Below are positions 13,001 to 24,572 of a stretch of DNA of 64,000 bases, in pieces. The stretch comes from Ylistrum balloti. Taxonomy: Eukaryota. The notes beneath the pieces are model-generated. The model did not search any database. It was not told the origin of the DNA and worked only from the letters and a program-made list of their open reading frames with translations. Both the position numbers and the translations under genes were made by a program. The DNA lies in the NCBI RefSeq assembly GCF_031769215.1, contig NW_026782116.1, positions 186,001-250,000 on the forward strand. The letters are read 5' to 3'. Each line of letters starts with the position of its first letter. Positions within the stretch are counted from its first letter, which is position 1.

Positions 13001-16000
13001 GCTGTTAAAGCTGTATTAAGATTACACTATAAGTATGGTGTGTGTAATTACAGGTCGGGATATAAACCTGAATGTTTTAGTCCTCAGCTGTTAAAGCTGT
13101 ATTAAGATTACACTATAAGTATGGTGTGTGTAATTACAGGTCGGGATATAAACCTGAATGTTTTAGTCCTCAGCTGTTAAAGCTGTATTAAGATTACACT
13201 ATAAGTATGGTGTGTGTAATTACAGGTCGGGATATAAACCTGAATGTTTTAGTCCTCAGCTGTTAAAGCTGTATTAAGATTACACTATAAGTATGGTGTG
13301 TGTAATTACAGGTCGGGATATAAACCTGAATGTTTTAGTCCTCAGCTGTTAAAGCTGTATTAAGATTACACTATAAGTATGGTGTGTGTAATTACAGGTC
13401 GGGATATAAACCTGAATGTTTTAGTCCTCAGCTGTTAAAGCTGTATTAAGATTACACTATAAGTATGGTGTGTGTAATTACAGGTCGGGATATAAACCTG
13501 AATGTTTTAGTCCTCAGCTGTTAAAGCTGTATTAAGATTACACTATAAGTATGGTGTGTGTAATTACAGGTCGGGATATAAACCTGAATGTTTTAGTCCT
13601 CAGCTGTTAAAGCTGTATTAAGATTACACTATAAGTATGATGTGTGTAATTACAGGTCGGGATATAAACCTGAATGTTTCAGTCCTCAGCTGTTAAAGCT
13701 GTATTAAGATTACACTATAAGTATGGTGTGTGTAATTACAGGTCGGGATATAAACCTGAATGTTTTAGTCCTCAGCTGTTAAAGCTGTATTAAGATTACA
13801 CTATAAGTATGGTGTGTGTAATTACAGGTCGGGATATAAACTTGGACGTTCTCCGTGTACAGGGTTACAGATTCTTCTGTAACAAGCTGTGGAATGCTAC
13901 CAAGTTCGCTCTAGGAGCCCTTGGGGAGAACTTCATACCCAACCCAACTCGAAAGGTGAGAAATATTTAAGGTCTATTTTGCATGATAGATAGAAATCTC
14001 AAACCCGAAACCCATCTCACATGACATGTGTAAGGTATCTAAAACACAAATTCACATATCAGGGTAGGACAGTTACTGGTTATTGAAAACCCAACCCTAC
14101 AATTTTAAACAATTTAGTGGAAATCCTGACTCCAATCTCAGTTATTTGATCAATTAAACAAATGTCAAGAACATAAAGAAGATAAAGATATTTACCAAAT
14201 CATTAGTGATCTTAATATGATAATTGTTTTCAGTTGTCTGGAAAAGAGAAGGAGATGGACCTGTGGATACTAAGTCGACTTTCCTATGCCGTGGACCAGT
14301 GTAGCTCTGGATTCCGTAACTACGAATTCCCTGCTGTTACCACTTGTTGCTACAATTTCTGGTTGTATGAACTCTGTGACTGGTATTTAGTAAGTATAAT
14401 CTGTTGGCTGTTTGAACATTTTAATCTTGCTATGTACTTTTTGCCAATGCTTAAAGTCCCGATTTTGAGTGCTGTTAAAGGACTGTTAAAAAGTAGCATA
14501 ATTAAGTTGTATAAAGGATGACATTTGTCCCGTTCTTTAACTAACAAGGAAGACAAATTTATAGCAGGAACTACTGCTGGATTGAAAATTATTTATGATG
14601 TATTTTGGAAACCTAACAACAAATGAAGAATTTTTATTTTCTTTGATGGGCATCTACATTACAAGGTAAAAAAAAACCCTTGAAAATACTGGAATTTTTT
14701 GTATTGATATTAATTTTGTATTATAGGAAAGCTGTAAGCCTATTATCTATGGGACAGATGAGGAGGTGAAGGACTGTACTCGACAGGTGTTATACACATG
14801 TCTAGAGGCAGGTCTCCTCCTACTCCATCCACTTATGCCATTTATCTCGGAGGAGCTGTTCCAACGTCTGCCACGACGAACTCCGACAGAACCACCCAGT
14901 ATATGTGTTACGTCGTATCCACTGTCAGCAAATGTAAGTCAGCTTCATAGGAACTCACTATAAATGTTACATCTTCTCTGTACAAAACAGCATTCTGATA
15001 CAATATCATCATAAAATAAAGTGTTTCTGAAATTTTATTTTATTGTTAATTAAATATTTAACACAAATGCAACTTTCTCAAAAAATACTTCATATGCATA
15101 TCCATCTTTTCTGCCTGAAATATCTTAAGCAATGATGGAATTTTCATTTACAGTATTGTAACAGTTCTTAAAATTCCTGCCTTCTTCAACTTTTCCGTTG
15201 ATTCAGAATAACTATGATATAAGATAGAAATCTTTGTTAGAGATCATGGCTGTTACAAATTATGGCGGTCAGAAATATGGCTGTTAGAGAACGGCTGTTA
15301 GAGATCAGCTGTTAGAGATCATGGTTGTTAGAGATCATGGCTGTTAGAGATTATGGCCGTTAGAGGTCATGGCTGTTAGAGATCATGGCTGTTAGAGGTC
15401 ATGGCTGTTAGAGATCATGGCTGTTAGAGATCATGGCTGTTAGAGATCATGGCTGTTAGAGGTCATGGCTGATAGAGAACGACTGTAAGAGATCATGGCT
15501 GTTAGAGATCATGGCTGTTAGAGATCATGGCTGTTACAGGTCATGGCTGTTAGAGATCATGGCTGTTAGAGATCATGGCTGTTACAGGTCATGGCTGTTA
15601 GAGATCATGGCTGTTAGAGATCATGGCTGTTAGAGAACGGCTGTTAGAGATCATGGCTGTTACAGGTCATGGCTGTTAGAGATCATGGCTGTTAGAGGTC
15701 ATGGCTGTTAGAGATTATGGCTGTTAGAGGTCATGGCTGTTAGAGATCATGGCTGTTACAGGTCATGGCTGTTAGAGATCATGGCTGATAGAGATCATGG
15801 TTGTTATAGGTCATGGCTGTTAGAGATCATGACTGTTAGAGGTCATGGCTGTTAGAGGTCATGGCTGTTAGAGATCATGGCTGTTAGAGATCATGGCTGT
15901 TAGAGATCATGGTTGCTATAGGTCATGGCTGTTAGAGATCATGGCTGTTAGAGGTCATGGCTGTTACGGCTGAGAACATGGCTGTTGATCATGGTTGTTA

Positions 16001-19000
16001 TGGCTGAAGTCATGACTGTTAGAGGTCATGGCTGTTAGAGATCATGGCTGTTAGAGATCATGGTTGTTACAGGTCATGGCTGTTAGAGATCATGGCTGTT
16101 AGAGATCATGGCTGTTAGAGAACGGCTGTTAGAGATCATGGCTGTTAGAGGTCATGGCTGTTAAGAGATCATGGCTATTAGAGATCATCGCTGTTAGGGA
16201 TCCTGGCTGCATGGCTGCTAGAGAACATGGCTGCATGGTTGTTAGAAGTCACTTATGTTAGAGATCATGGCTGTTAGAGATATGACCTAGAGATTGGCTG
16301 TCAGAAATATGTCTGTCAGAAATATGTCTGTTAGAGATCATGGCTGTTAGAGGTCATGGCTGTTATAGATCATGTCTGTTAGGGATCCTGGCTGTTAGAG
16401 GTCATTGCTGTTAGAGGTCATGGCTGTTATAGATCATGTCTGTTAGGGATCCTGGCAGCATGGCTGTTACAGGTTATGGCTGTTAGAGATCCTGGCTGCA
16501 TGGTTGTTACAGGTCATGGCTGTTAGAGTTCATGGCTGCTATAGGCCATGGCTGTTAGAGATTGGCTGTTAAAGATCATATCTGTTTTAAATGATAACTG
16601 TTAGAGCTCATGGCTGAAACTGTTGTCTTTCAGTACCAGGACCGCAACTCCAACTTAGAAAAGGAGGTAGACTTTGTGCAGAATGTCATCAAAAGTATCC
16701 GTTCCATGAGGTCAGACTACAACCTAACAAACAAAAACAAAGCTGATGGTATGTATATATCATTGTCCACTTTATACTATTCTTAAACGGTTCTTACTGA
16801 TTTGAATTGTAACATGATGTTTCATCACATAGTAAACCCATACAGTAATACATTTGTACGATAAAAAAACAAATTATAGGCCCCAATATATTATTTACAC
16901 AAACACAATGATCTTCCAGTGGGGTTGCTCACAAATAAACCACCTGTTAACTTTGGATCTGTTTTTCCACTGAGGGTAGGGGCTCATTTGACTAATATAC
17001 ATTTACAATCAAACCAATCTTATATTTATATTTCAATACTGACATTACAATAACCAAACTGTAACCATTTTGCCCTAAAATTTGAATTGAATATTAAATG
17101 TTTGAAATTAAAAAATATACCATTAGTGTAAGCAAAACATGTTTTCACCATGCAAGATTTTTTTCCAGTTTACTTGAAGTGCATGGAGCAGGAGGAGGCT
17201 TCATCACTGGGTCGCTTCAGTAGTCTAATCCAGACAATGACTAACTCATCCTCCATTACCATTCTGGTGGGTGATAATCCCCCAGATGGCTGTTGTGTAC
17301 AAACTGTCTCTGCGAAGTGTGAAAGTCACCTGATGCTCAAGGTAGGGCTTTCATCTTAAGATTGATGTTTGTTAACTGGGTTTATTGTCCCATGAACAGC
17401 AAGGGTAATTTTGAGGCTGGGCTTCCTTGTAGGAGCTGGTGGCTACCTCAGTGAACATTAAATTGGAGGCCCATCCCATGTCGTCCTGAGCAATTAGGTT
17501 AAAATACCCAAGGACACAACAACATCAGCATAGACCAGACTGTATCTTAGCATACTGAGGAAACACAAACCATCATGGGTAGAGAGCATCAAACTGCTCA
17601 TCTTGGATCTTCTACAGAAGTTACACTCAGACCAACTAAGCTATCCCAACACATTAAGATTAATGTATGTCAATAGGACACAAATCATTACCATTAAAAA
17701 ATGGTAAAAAAATGTTAAAGAAATGAAGCAGACAGAATGACATTGCTTACTCAAAATTAGTGAAAACAAGGGAAAATTATGAACAGGTTTAGAATCGAAC
17801 CCTTGAAAGTGAACAAGATAAAACTACCTGTTCCTGTTGATTTCCCATAGATTCCCATAGATTGGAAAAGCAAGAAATGTTGCCATGAAAAAAAAAATGA
17901 TTTCACAATAGTTAACTGAAAAGATCAATTTGTCTTAAAGCTTAATGTTTAACTTTTCCTGTTGATCTTATTATAGCCATCAATGACCAACTAAGCAGCA
18001 GTAAAATCAATATAAAGATTGACAAAGTTGGTAACCTAGGCAAATCTACCTTGTAGTCAATGATACACCAGAATAGGGATTTGAGACCACAGTACCATTG
18101 AGTATCTATATGGAAGGGGAGATAACTACCATGTAGTCACTGATACACAAGAAAGGAGATTCAGGACCTCAGTAACATTAAATACCTGTATGATATACAA
18201 GAAAGGAGATTCAGGACCTCAGTGACATTAAATACCTGTATGGAAGGGGAGATATCTACCTTGTAGTCATTAATATACCAGAAAAGTGATTCGAGATCTT
18301 AGTGACATTGAGTATCTGTATGAAAGGGGATATAAATGCCATGTAATCATAAAACACTAGAAAGGAGATTCAGGACCATAGTAACTTTGAATACCTGTAT
18401 GGAAGATGGGATAACTAGTTTGTAGTCAATTATATATCAGAAAGGAAATTCTAGATTGTCGTCTCCTCAATTATCCTCAGTACTTGGGTTTAGATGTAAT
18501 TTACAGATACACTGTATCAGTTTGTATAATAAATCCTTCATTTCACAAAAAAAATCAAGCAAAAACATATACTTAGATTCTGTAGTAAAATGTGGTGACA
18601 GTAATTCTTTCTTAGATGGTGACATATTTTACAGATAGTAGAGGATAAGGGACAGTTGAGTGGTGTGTTCTACAGCTTCCTGTCTACACATCTCTGTGTG
18701 ATTATAGACAGGGTAGGGGACAGTTGAGCAGTGTGTTCTACAGCTTCCTGTCTACACATCTCTGTGTGATTATAGACAGGGTAGGGGACAGATGATCAGT
18801 GTTATCTACAGTACAGCTTCCTGTCTACACATCTCTGTGTGATTATAGACAGGGTAGGGGACAGTTGAGCAGTGTGTTCTACAGCTTCCTGTCTACACAT
18901 CTCTGTGTGATTATAGGGTAGGGGACAGATGATCAGTGTGATTATAGACAGGGTAGGGGACAGATGATCAGTGTGATTATAGACAGGGTAGTTGACAGAT

Positions 19001-22000
19001 GATCAGTGTGATCTACAGTACAGCTTCCTGTCTACACATCTCTGTGTGATTATAGACAGGGTAGGGGACAGATGTTCAGTGTGATTATAGACAGGGTAGG
19101 GGACAGATGTTCAGTGTGATCTACAGTACAGCTTCCTGTCTACACATCTCTGTGTGATTATAGACAGGGTAGGGGACAGATGATCAGTGTCATCTATAGT
19201 ACAGCTCCCTGTCTACACATCTCTGTGTGATTATAGACAGGGTAGGGGACAGATGATCAGTGTGATCTACAGTACAGCTTCCTGTCTACACATCTCTGTG
19301 TGATTATAGACAGGGTAGGGGACAGATGATCAGTGTCATCTATAGTACAGCTCCCTGTCTACACATCTCTGTGTGGTTATAGACAGTGTAGGAGACAGAT
19401 GTTCAGTGTGATTATAAACAGGGTAGAGGGCAGATGATCAGTGTGATCTACAGTACAGCTTCCTGTCTACACATCTCTGTGTGATTATAGACAGGGTAGG
19501 GGACAGATGATCAGTGTGATCTACAGTACAGCTTCCTGTCTACACATCTCTGTATGATTATAGACAGGGTAGGGGACAGATGATCAGTGTGATCTACAGT
19601 ACAGCTTCCTGTCTACACATCTCTGTGTGATTATAGACAGGGTAGGGGACAGATGATCAGTGTGATCTACAGTACAGCTCCCTGTCTACACATCTCTGTG
19701 TGATTATAGACAGTGTAGGAGACAGATGATCTGTGTTGTGATTATAGACAGGGTAGTTGACAGATGTTCAGTGTGATCTACAGTGCAACTTCCTGTCTAC
19801 ACATCTCAGTGTGATTATAGACAGGGTAGGGGACAGATGTTCAGTGTGATTATAGACAGGGTAGGGGGCACATGATCTGTGTGATCTACAGTACAACTTC
19901 CTGTCTACACATCTCTGTATGATTATATGGTGATAACCAAAGCTGTTCATTGTTCTAGTAGAAAAAATACAAAAAAAAAAAACCAAAAAATAAAAAATTT
20001 CACTTTGAATTGATTGGTGCATTTCTATTTCCACCTCATAATGGTAAAGCCATGAATTTGATGTCAGGGTCTTTGAAGTAAATCCTTCCACTGTTGGATG
20101 CCCATGTTTGCTAAACACTTACCAAAATTTTGGTTTTGGATTCTACGAAATAAGAAAATAGAATATAGTGTTTTACTGAGATGATAACTTTGCTCCTCTT
20201 ATTTTTATATTTCAAGTCATTTAGAGAAAATGGAGGTGCTTCTCTGACAATGAGAGTATTGAAAGATAATTTTTTTTTTCCTTCAGGGACTCATTGACCC
20301 TAGTAAGGAGCGGAGTAGATTAGATGGAAAGAAGACCAAACTTAGTTCACAGCTTCAGAAGCTGAAAGAGACCTCCAGCATGGCAGACTACTCCAGCAAA
20401 GTGCCTGAGGAAATCAGGAACAAAAACTCTGAAAAGGTAAAGGAAAGGTTCGATGTCACAGATTAACCCAATAACATGCAGTTCTAGGGTTCATTGAATT
20501 CCAAATATTTTCATTGCAGCTGTAAGCTATGTAGACGAGGCAATTTATGTGCCTGGCAACTTATTTATTTAACAGTTTTACGTCCACTTTTACAGCCTTT
20601 CAACCTTTCAGCTGACAAGTGTGAAATACCCTTCAACATCTGTTCAGTGACTTTGTACCAGGGTAAACATTGTATAAGACTCTGTGGGTCTGATAGAGCC
20701 AGTAGTTGACATTTAATTAACACCTAGGTTACCTTGGTCAATGTCTGTCATTCCTGCCCTGTTGTGAAATAGACTGTGTCACACCTGCCATTTTAGGCAG
20801 CTGGTCAAGACCTATACCATGCTAATGAAATGGATTTTCTTTGAAGTAGAATAGTTTACACCTGTATTCATTACCTGGATTAGATTTTAGGAGATTGACC
20901 AGAGTAATTCACACTTATATACCTGTGTTTATTGAATAGAAAGTGTTCGTTCTTGTAATTATAAACATTGAACTATTAAAGGATTTTACCTGACAGCCAG
21001 GTTATATTTAAGAGATAGTATGCTTGTTTTGATGCATAAACTGGAGATAAGATAATGAATTTAAGTTTGAACACAAGAAGCAGTGGAGTGTTACGACAAC
21101 ATAATTCATCTCCAGTATATGCATAAAAACAAATATAATATCTCCATTCAAAATCATCACAATATCAAGAAAATTCAACATAAACCAAGACCTGCACAAT
21201 TTTGTTCAAAACGGTCCCTCACATTGTCTTACCCAATTAAAATGCTCCTTTTAATCCTTAATGACATAAAGCTCCACCTACTTCCCAGTCTAGTTGTTGA
21301 TAAATCTGGATCAGGATGTAGGTAGAGGTATATAAAAAGGCTTAAAATGTTTCTCTACATGGATTATCTGTTTGAATGTGTTGCTTATACTGATTCCTGG
21401 CGTACCTGATAGTTATGTCTATCTCTGAATGGTCAAGGTATTTGTTCACCAAAGTAGATCAGTAAAACAAAGGACATCATACACACAGAGGCACCAACAA
21501 GATGACGGGAGACTCATTCATAGTTGTCACTTTCTTTCAAATTGAGATTGTGATTTATGTATCATTCTGTATAGAATTATCTAGTAAAGGAAGAATACGA
21601 TACCATGTGACATGATTTTATTTAGTTGTGATAGTATAATTGAAGTTGATAGAATATATTCTATGTATATATTTTAGAATATCACCTACTATAATGATTA
21701 GGCCTAGTGTGTTGTATCTATAGACATTCTGATATTACTGATGGACTCAAAAAAATGTGTCACATAGATGATCGTCATCATATACTCACTACTTCATATT
21801 TTGATGACACAAAATGGGGACTGAAAGGTGATACAGAAATAACAGAGAGGGTACCTGGTATCTCAAATTTAGAATTTAGACATAGGATCCTAAAATGACA
21901 AGCTAGTATCTCATGTTTAGAATATTTGTTAAGGATCTAGACAAAGGACCAGGTAATGTATTATTACAACATAGATATAAGACCTGAGGTTGGCATTTTT

Positions 22001-23156
22001 AGGGGTTCAGTTTTCACATTGTCTCAGAATTGAATGAAATTGCAAGAGAATGAAAAGATACAATAAAATTAAAGTCAATAGATAGCATGACTTTTGTGAA
22101 AAAAATTATCTGTTTTGTTTCAAATTACAGTAAAATTGCGAAAATTAGAACAATGAAAAAACAAAACAATATCTGTGAAACTGATGAATGCTCCCCAAAA
22201 ACAACTGTATTGTACACAAATTTAACAGGCTCTGAATTTGGTATACTGCACATTCTCTTAGTATGACCAATGTATACACCAAGCTTCATTATCCTAGTTT
22301 TAATGCAAGCAAAGCTATGTTCATGACACAAAATTTTAACAAAGGGCATTTACTCTGTACTGAGAGGTCATACTGACTTTAATATACTGCATTGATGTAT
22401 ACATCACATTTAAATTTTAAATTTCAAGTTTAAAATGCAAGCATTGTCATGCCCCGGACAAGATATTTTATTGCTTAATTATTTAAGGGTAATAACTTGC
22501 CATAGTATGATCAATGTACAATATTAGATGTAAGTTATGAGACATTTTAAACAAAATGCAATTACTCTATAATTGAGGTCAAGCACTGTACTCTATGCTA
22601 GTGTGATCAATGTATCCAATAAATCCAATTATCCTAGTTTAAATGCAAGCAATGTTAAGTTTTATTCTAGACACAAAGTGTTAACAAAGGGTGTAATTAA
22701 GGGGTTGAGGGCCCTGAATAAATCCCATTATCCTAGTTTAAATGCAAGCAATGTTAAGTTTTATTCTAGACACAAAGTGTTAACAAAGGGTGTAATTAAG
22801 GGGTTGAGGGCCCTGAATTTGGTACACTGCACAGGGGTGTAATTAAGGGGTTGAGGGCCCTGAATTTGGTACACTGCACAGGGGTGGTGGTATAATTCTG
22901 TGTCAACTGAGAACAAGATAATGGGCTGTGATTTCTTGATGTACGTTGATAATCCTTATCACTATTACTTGTTTGTTGATAGTCAGTTGACATTGTATTC
23001 TAAACAATCCACTTCATTATCTATTTACATTTTCATTGATGTAAAGGCTTTTAATATCACTCTAAATGTCTGCCTCTTTTCTTATTTCAGATGACAGAGA
23101 TTTCTCTGGAAATCGAGAAACTGACGAAAGCTATGGAAACACTGGGAAAGCTATGA
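978..23156 (+). CDS. VARS1: Valyl-tRNA synthetase, probably cytosolic type; 5'-partial, 25 coding exons in window (about 2915 nt CDS)
   Basis: Hand-spliced exons give one continuous ORF: [15 protein letters not shown]...[14 protein letters not shown]...[13 protein letters not shown]...[11 protein letters not shown]...[15 protein letters not shown]...DVLDTWFSS...[14 protein letters not shown]...[12 protein letters not shown]...RDINLDV...ELCDWYLE...GLIDPSKE...TLGKL*. Every intron is GT-AG with matching phases. Confidence 0.97.
2267..2394 (+). CDS. VARS1: ValRS exon 2, HIGH motif ([15 protein letters not shown])
   Basis: tttcag| ... |gtaagt; class I aaRS HIGH signature. Confidence 0.96.
2583..2747 (+). 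CDS. VARS1: ValRS exon 3 ([28 protein letters not shown])
   Basis: cacag| ... |gtaaga. Confidence 0.96.
2999..3080 (+). CDS. VARS1: ValRS exon 4 ([27 protein letters not shown])
   Basis: ttgtag| ... |gtaagt. Confidence 0.96.
3438..3557 (+). CDS. VARS1: ValRS exon 5 ([10 protein letters not shown]...[17 protein letters not shown])
   Basis: ttgacag| ... |gtaagt. Confidence 0.96.
3571..3671. repeat. 17-bp minisatellite, about 6 copies (gttaatgtttgtcagcc)
   Basis: direct tandem copies in ValRS intron 5. Confidence 0.85.
4113..4221 (+). CDS. VARS1: ValRS exon 6 ([36 protein letters not shown])
   Basis: tttacag| ... |gtaacc. Confidence 0.95.
4598..5508. repeat. About 25-bp minisatellite (atcaataaatgtgatattatctggt), roughly 35 copies
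   Basis: tandem array ending about 30 nt before exon 7. Confidence 0.93.
5540..5719 (+). CDS. VARS1: ValRS exon 7, editing domain ([18 protein letters not shown]...FGTG)
   Basis: ttgacag| ... |gtacgt. Confidence 0.96.
5909..6033 (+). CDS. VARS1: ValRS exon 8 ([16 protein letters not shown])
   Basis: tatag| ... |gtaagt. Confidence 0.96.
6397..6500 (+). CDS. VARS1: ValRS exon 9 ([12 protein letters not shown]...NPMVVPICS)
   Basis: tttccag| ... |gtagag. Confidence 0.96.
7031..7112 (+). CDS. VARS1: ValRS exon 10 ([16 protein letters not shown])
   Basis: ttacag| ... |gtaggt. Confidence 0.96.
7605..7681 (+). CDS. VARS1: ValRS exon 11 ([26 protein letters not shown])
   Basis: tttgtacag| ... |gtaaaa. 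Confidence 0.95.
7886..7976 (+). CDS. VARS1: ValRS exon 12 ([18 protein letters not shown])
   Basis: cttttttaag| ... |gtaagt. Confidence 0.96.
8592..8697 (+). CDS. VARS1: ValRS exon 13 ([16 protein letters not shown]...ISLKQ)
   Basis: cctag| ... |gtcagt. Confidence 0.95.
8943..9013 (+). CDS. VARS1: ValRS exon 14 ([24 protein letters not shown])
   Basis: ttgtttag| ... |gtatga. Confidence 0.96.
9419..9544 (+). CDS. VARS1: ValRS exon 15 ([22 protein letters not shown])
   Basis: ttttacag| ... |gtatgg. Confidence 0.96.
9923..10027 (+). CDS. VARS1: ValRS exon 16, KMSKS motif (9962-9976)
   Basis: cttacag| [25 protein letters not shown]... |gtaaga. Confidence 0.97.
10657..10725 (+). CDS. VARS1: ValRS exon 17 ([23 protein letters not shown])
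   Basis: ctttcaaag| (AAG acceptor) ... |gtaaga. Confidence 0.92.
11134..11212 (+). CDS. VARS1: ValRS exon 18 ([27 protein letters not shown])
   Basis: ttctatag| ... |gtgagt. Confidence 0.96.
11494..13850 (+). repeat. 86-bp tandem array containing the exon-19 acceptor and exon start; 26 decoy copies plus the real exon
   Basis: unit gtgtgtaattacAG|GTCGGGATATAAACCTGAATGTTttagtcctcagctgttaaagctgtattaagattacactataagtatggt; 86-nt spacing at 11813, 11899, 11985 and onward. Confidence 0.97.
13828..13955 (+). CDS. VARS1: ValRS exon 19 ([26 protein letters not shown])
   Basis: aattacag| ... |gtgaga; its acceptor is the last unit of the 86-bp array. Confidence 0.95.
14234..14389 (+). CDS. VARS1: ValRS exon 20, anticodon-binding domain (DLWILSRL...[13 protein letters not shown])
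   Basis: ttttcag| ... |gtaagt. Confidence 0.96.
14727..14933 (+). CDS. VARS1: ValRS exon 21 (ESCKPI...[18 protein letters not shown])
   Basis: ttatag| ... |gtaagt. Confidence 0.96.
15238..16618. repeat. 16-bp minisatellite (tcatggctgttagaga), roughly 80 copies
   Basis: tandem array ending about 15 nt before exon 22. Confidence 0.95.
16634..16748 (+). CDS. VARS1: ValRS exon 22 ([12 protein letters not shown]...[10 protein letters not shown])
   Basis: ctttcag| ... |gtatgt. Confidence 0.94.
17169..17341 (+). CDS. VARS1: ValRS exon 23 (YLKCME...[21 protein letters not shown])
   Basis: ttttccag| ... |gtaggg. Confidence 0.94.
17365..17647 (-). mobile_element. tRNA-derived SINE (CORE-like domain)
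   Basis: minus strand starts gggatagcttagttggt (A-box-like), contains gttgtgtccttgggg...cctaattgct and ends in an AAAC-like tail; related copies at about 44.2 and 44.8 kb. Confidence 0.65.
18040..18430. repeat. Old, degenerate tandem repeat of about 80 bp (4-5 copies)
   Basis: recurring aggagattcaggacc...aatacctgtatggaagggg...ctacc...tgtagtca. Confidence 0.7.
18645..19925. repeat. 73-bp minisatellite with interspersed subunits of about 35 bp
   Basis: cttcctgtctacacatctctgtgtgattatagacagggtaggggacagatgatcagtgtgatctacagtacag; spacing 73 at 19459/19532. Confidence 0.95.
20287..20436 (+). CDS. VARS1: ValRS exon 24, C-terminal coiled coil ([12 protein letters not shown]...[13 protein letters not shown])
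   Basis: ttccttcag| ... |gtaaag. Confidence 0.95.
22125..22890. mobile_element. Dispersed non-autonomous element with internal duplications (about 115 bp x2 and about 45 bp x2)
   Basis: duplicated tatcctagtttaaatgcaagc...ggggttgagggccctgaat; HINE/MITE-like by recalled resemblance. Confidence 0.45.
23091..23156 (+). CDS. VARS1: ValRS terminal coding exon ([21 protein letters not shown])
   Basis: long pyrimidine tract then cttatttcag|; phase 0; TGA at 23154-23156; amphipathic helix completes the coiled coil. Confidence 0.88.
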   Translation: MTEISLEIEKLTKAMETLGKL

Positions 23157-23287
23157 AAAATTTTAATACAATAGACACTGGTAAATGGATTATTAGCACT
23201 AGTCAGGTGGAAGGGAACAACAAAAAAACTGGTGAAAAATTTCCAGGAAATCTGTAGGCGTCCTGACTACAGTTTACATGGATTTAC

Positions 23288-23662
23288 AATAAAATAACTT
23301 TAAAAGGGTTTCTCTCTTGAAAACTTGATGTATACCATTAGATATTCAAACTTCACTGTTAAGTCATGTACCATGAAAGGATTGAAGTGTTTATTGGAGA
23401 AGTACTGCACTAAGGTTGTGTTGTACCCTGTTATGTTTATGTATGCGATACTGTGTGAAGTCCCTTATGTAATTTATTTCTCTAAATAAACCCACATTGC
23501 AATATTTTGAATGTTTACAGGATGATGCTAATGTCTATGTACAGTAACTTTATGTTAGTAATGATATAACGTTCAGTCTGTTAATTAGCAGGTATTCAAA
23601 CCAAATTGAAATGGTTTCGGTTTTGACAATTACAAGTGCCATTTATAAGGTAATGCAATAAA
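23288..23662 (+). terminator. Candidate ValRS polyadenylation signals
   Basis: AATAAA at 23288, 23485 and 23657, downstream of the stop codon; which is used is unknown. Confidence 0.55.
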
Positions 23663-24059
23663 GTGACTAATCTTCAATAACTGGTTGGTTGGTTAGTTAC
23701 AGTTTTTCTGTCTCTGTGACTCATCCTATCTTTAGGTGTTGTCTCATGGACAATCTGCATTCCCCTCAATTTTCAATTACTTGAAGACGTACCTCTGCTA
23801 GAGGTCAAACAGTGACTAAGTCCTTTTAGTGGTAGTTGTGAGGTGGACACCCTACCACATAGTTAGTGACAGCATTCCTCTATCTGAAGTCAGAAAAAAA
23901 AGTTTCTCACTGTGTTATCCTTTATATCACTCTCCCGTCTTCGCAGTTATCAATCTCAAGCTTTCGACCCTGGGCTCTTCATCACATATTACCTGGTATA
24001 TGGGGAGAGTCTTCATTACTAGTTTGTAATCAGACCTAGTTATTAAGGATCTTTAGGTG

Positions 24060-24340
24060 TCTCAGCCAGGGCTGTATCTGATAACTGTCCAACACTTTAC
24101 ACTGAACTTTATGTGTCTCAGCCAGGGCTGTATCTGATAACTGTCCAACACTTTATACTGAACTTTATGTGTCTCAGCCAGGGCATGTATCTGATAACTG
24201 TCCAACACTTTATACTGAACTTTATGTGTCTCAGCCAGGGCATGTATCTGATAACTGTCCAACACTTTATACTGAACTTTAGGTGTCTCAGCCAGGGCAT
24301 GTATCTGATAACTGTCCAACACTTTATACTGAACTTTATG
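24060..24340. repeat. 56-57-bp tandem repeat, about 5 copies
   Basis: tctcagccagggcatgtatctgataactgtccaacactttatactgaactttatgtg. Confidence 0.93.
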
Positions 24341-24572
24341 GAAATTTGACCAAGTAATATCATGCAATGTACTTCAACAACACTTACTGTAACTGTCATG
24401 GTTGCTCCCTGTAGAGAATTTTTTGTACCATTATCGTACCTTTGTCTGTAGTGTCAATTCTGAGATTGGTCTGAAGGTTTCCAAATGTATCAGATGATAA
24501 TCCAAATAAACTAGAACATGGACAGACTTGTAGCTTTACTCAATTTCTGCCACATTTATCCTTGGTTTGACT

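Noticed and set aside
11494-13850. CRISPR-like or tandem exon-duplication interpretation of the 86-bp array
   Set aside because: Eukaryotic DNA with no unique spacers; each unit holds only about 8 exon-like codons followed by an in-frame stop, so these are not alternative full exons.
22130-22200. Acceptor-like caaattacag at about 22130 as an alternative ValRS last exon
   Set aside because: Followed at once by TAA in phase 0; the exon at 23091 has a better tract and plausible sequence.
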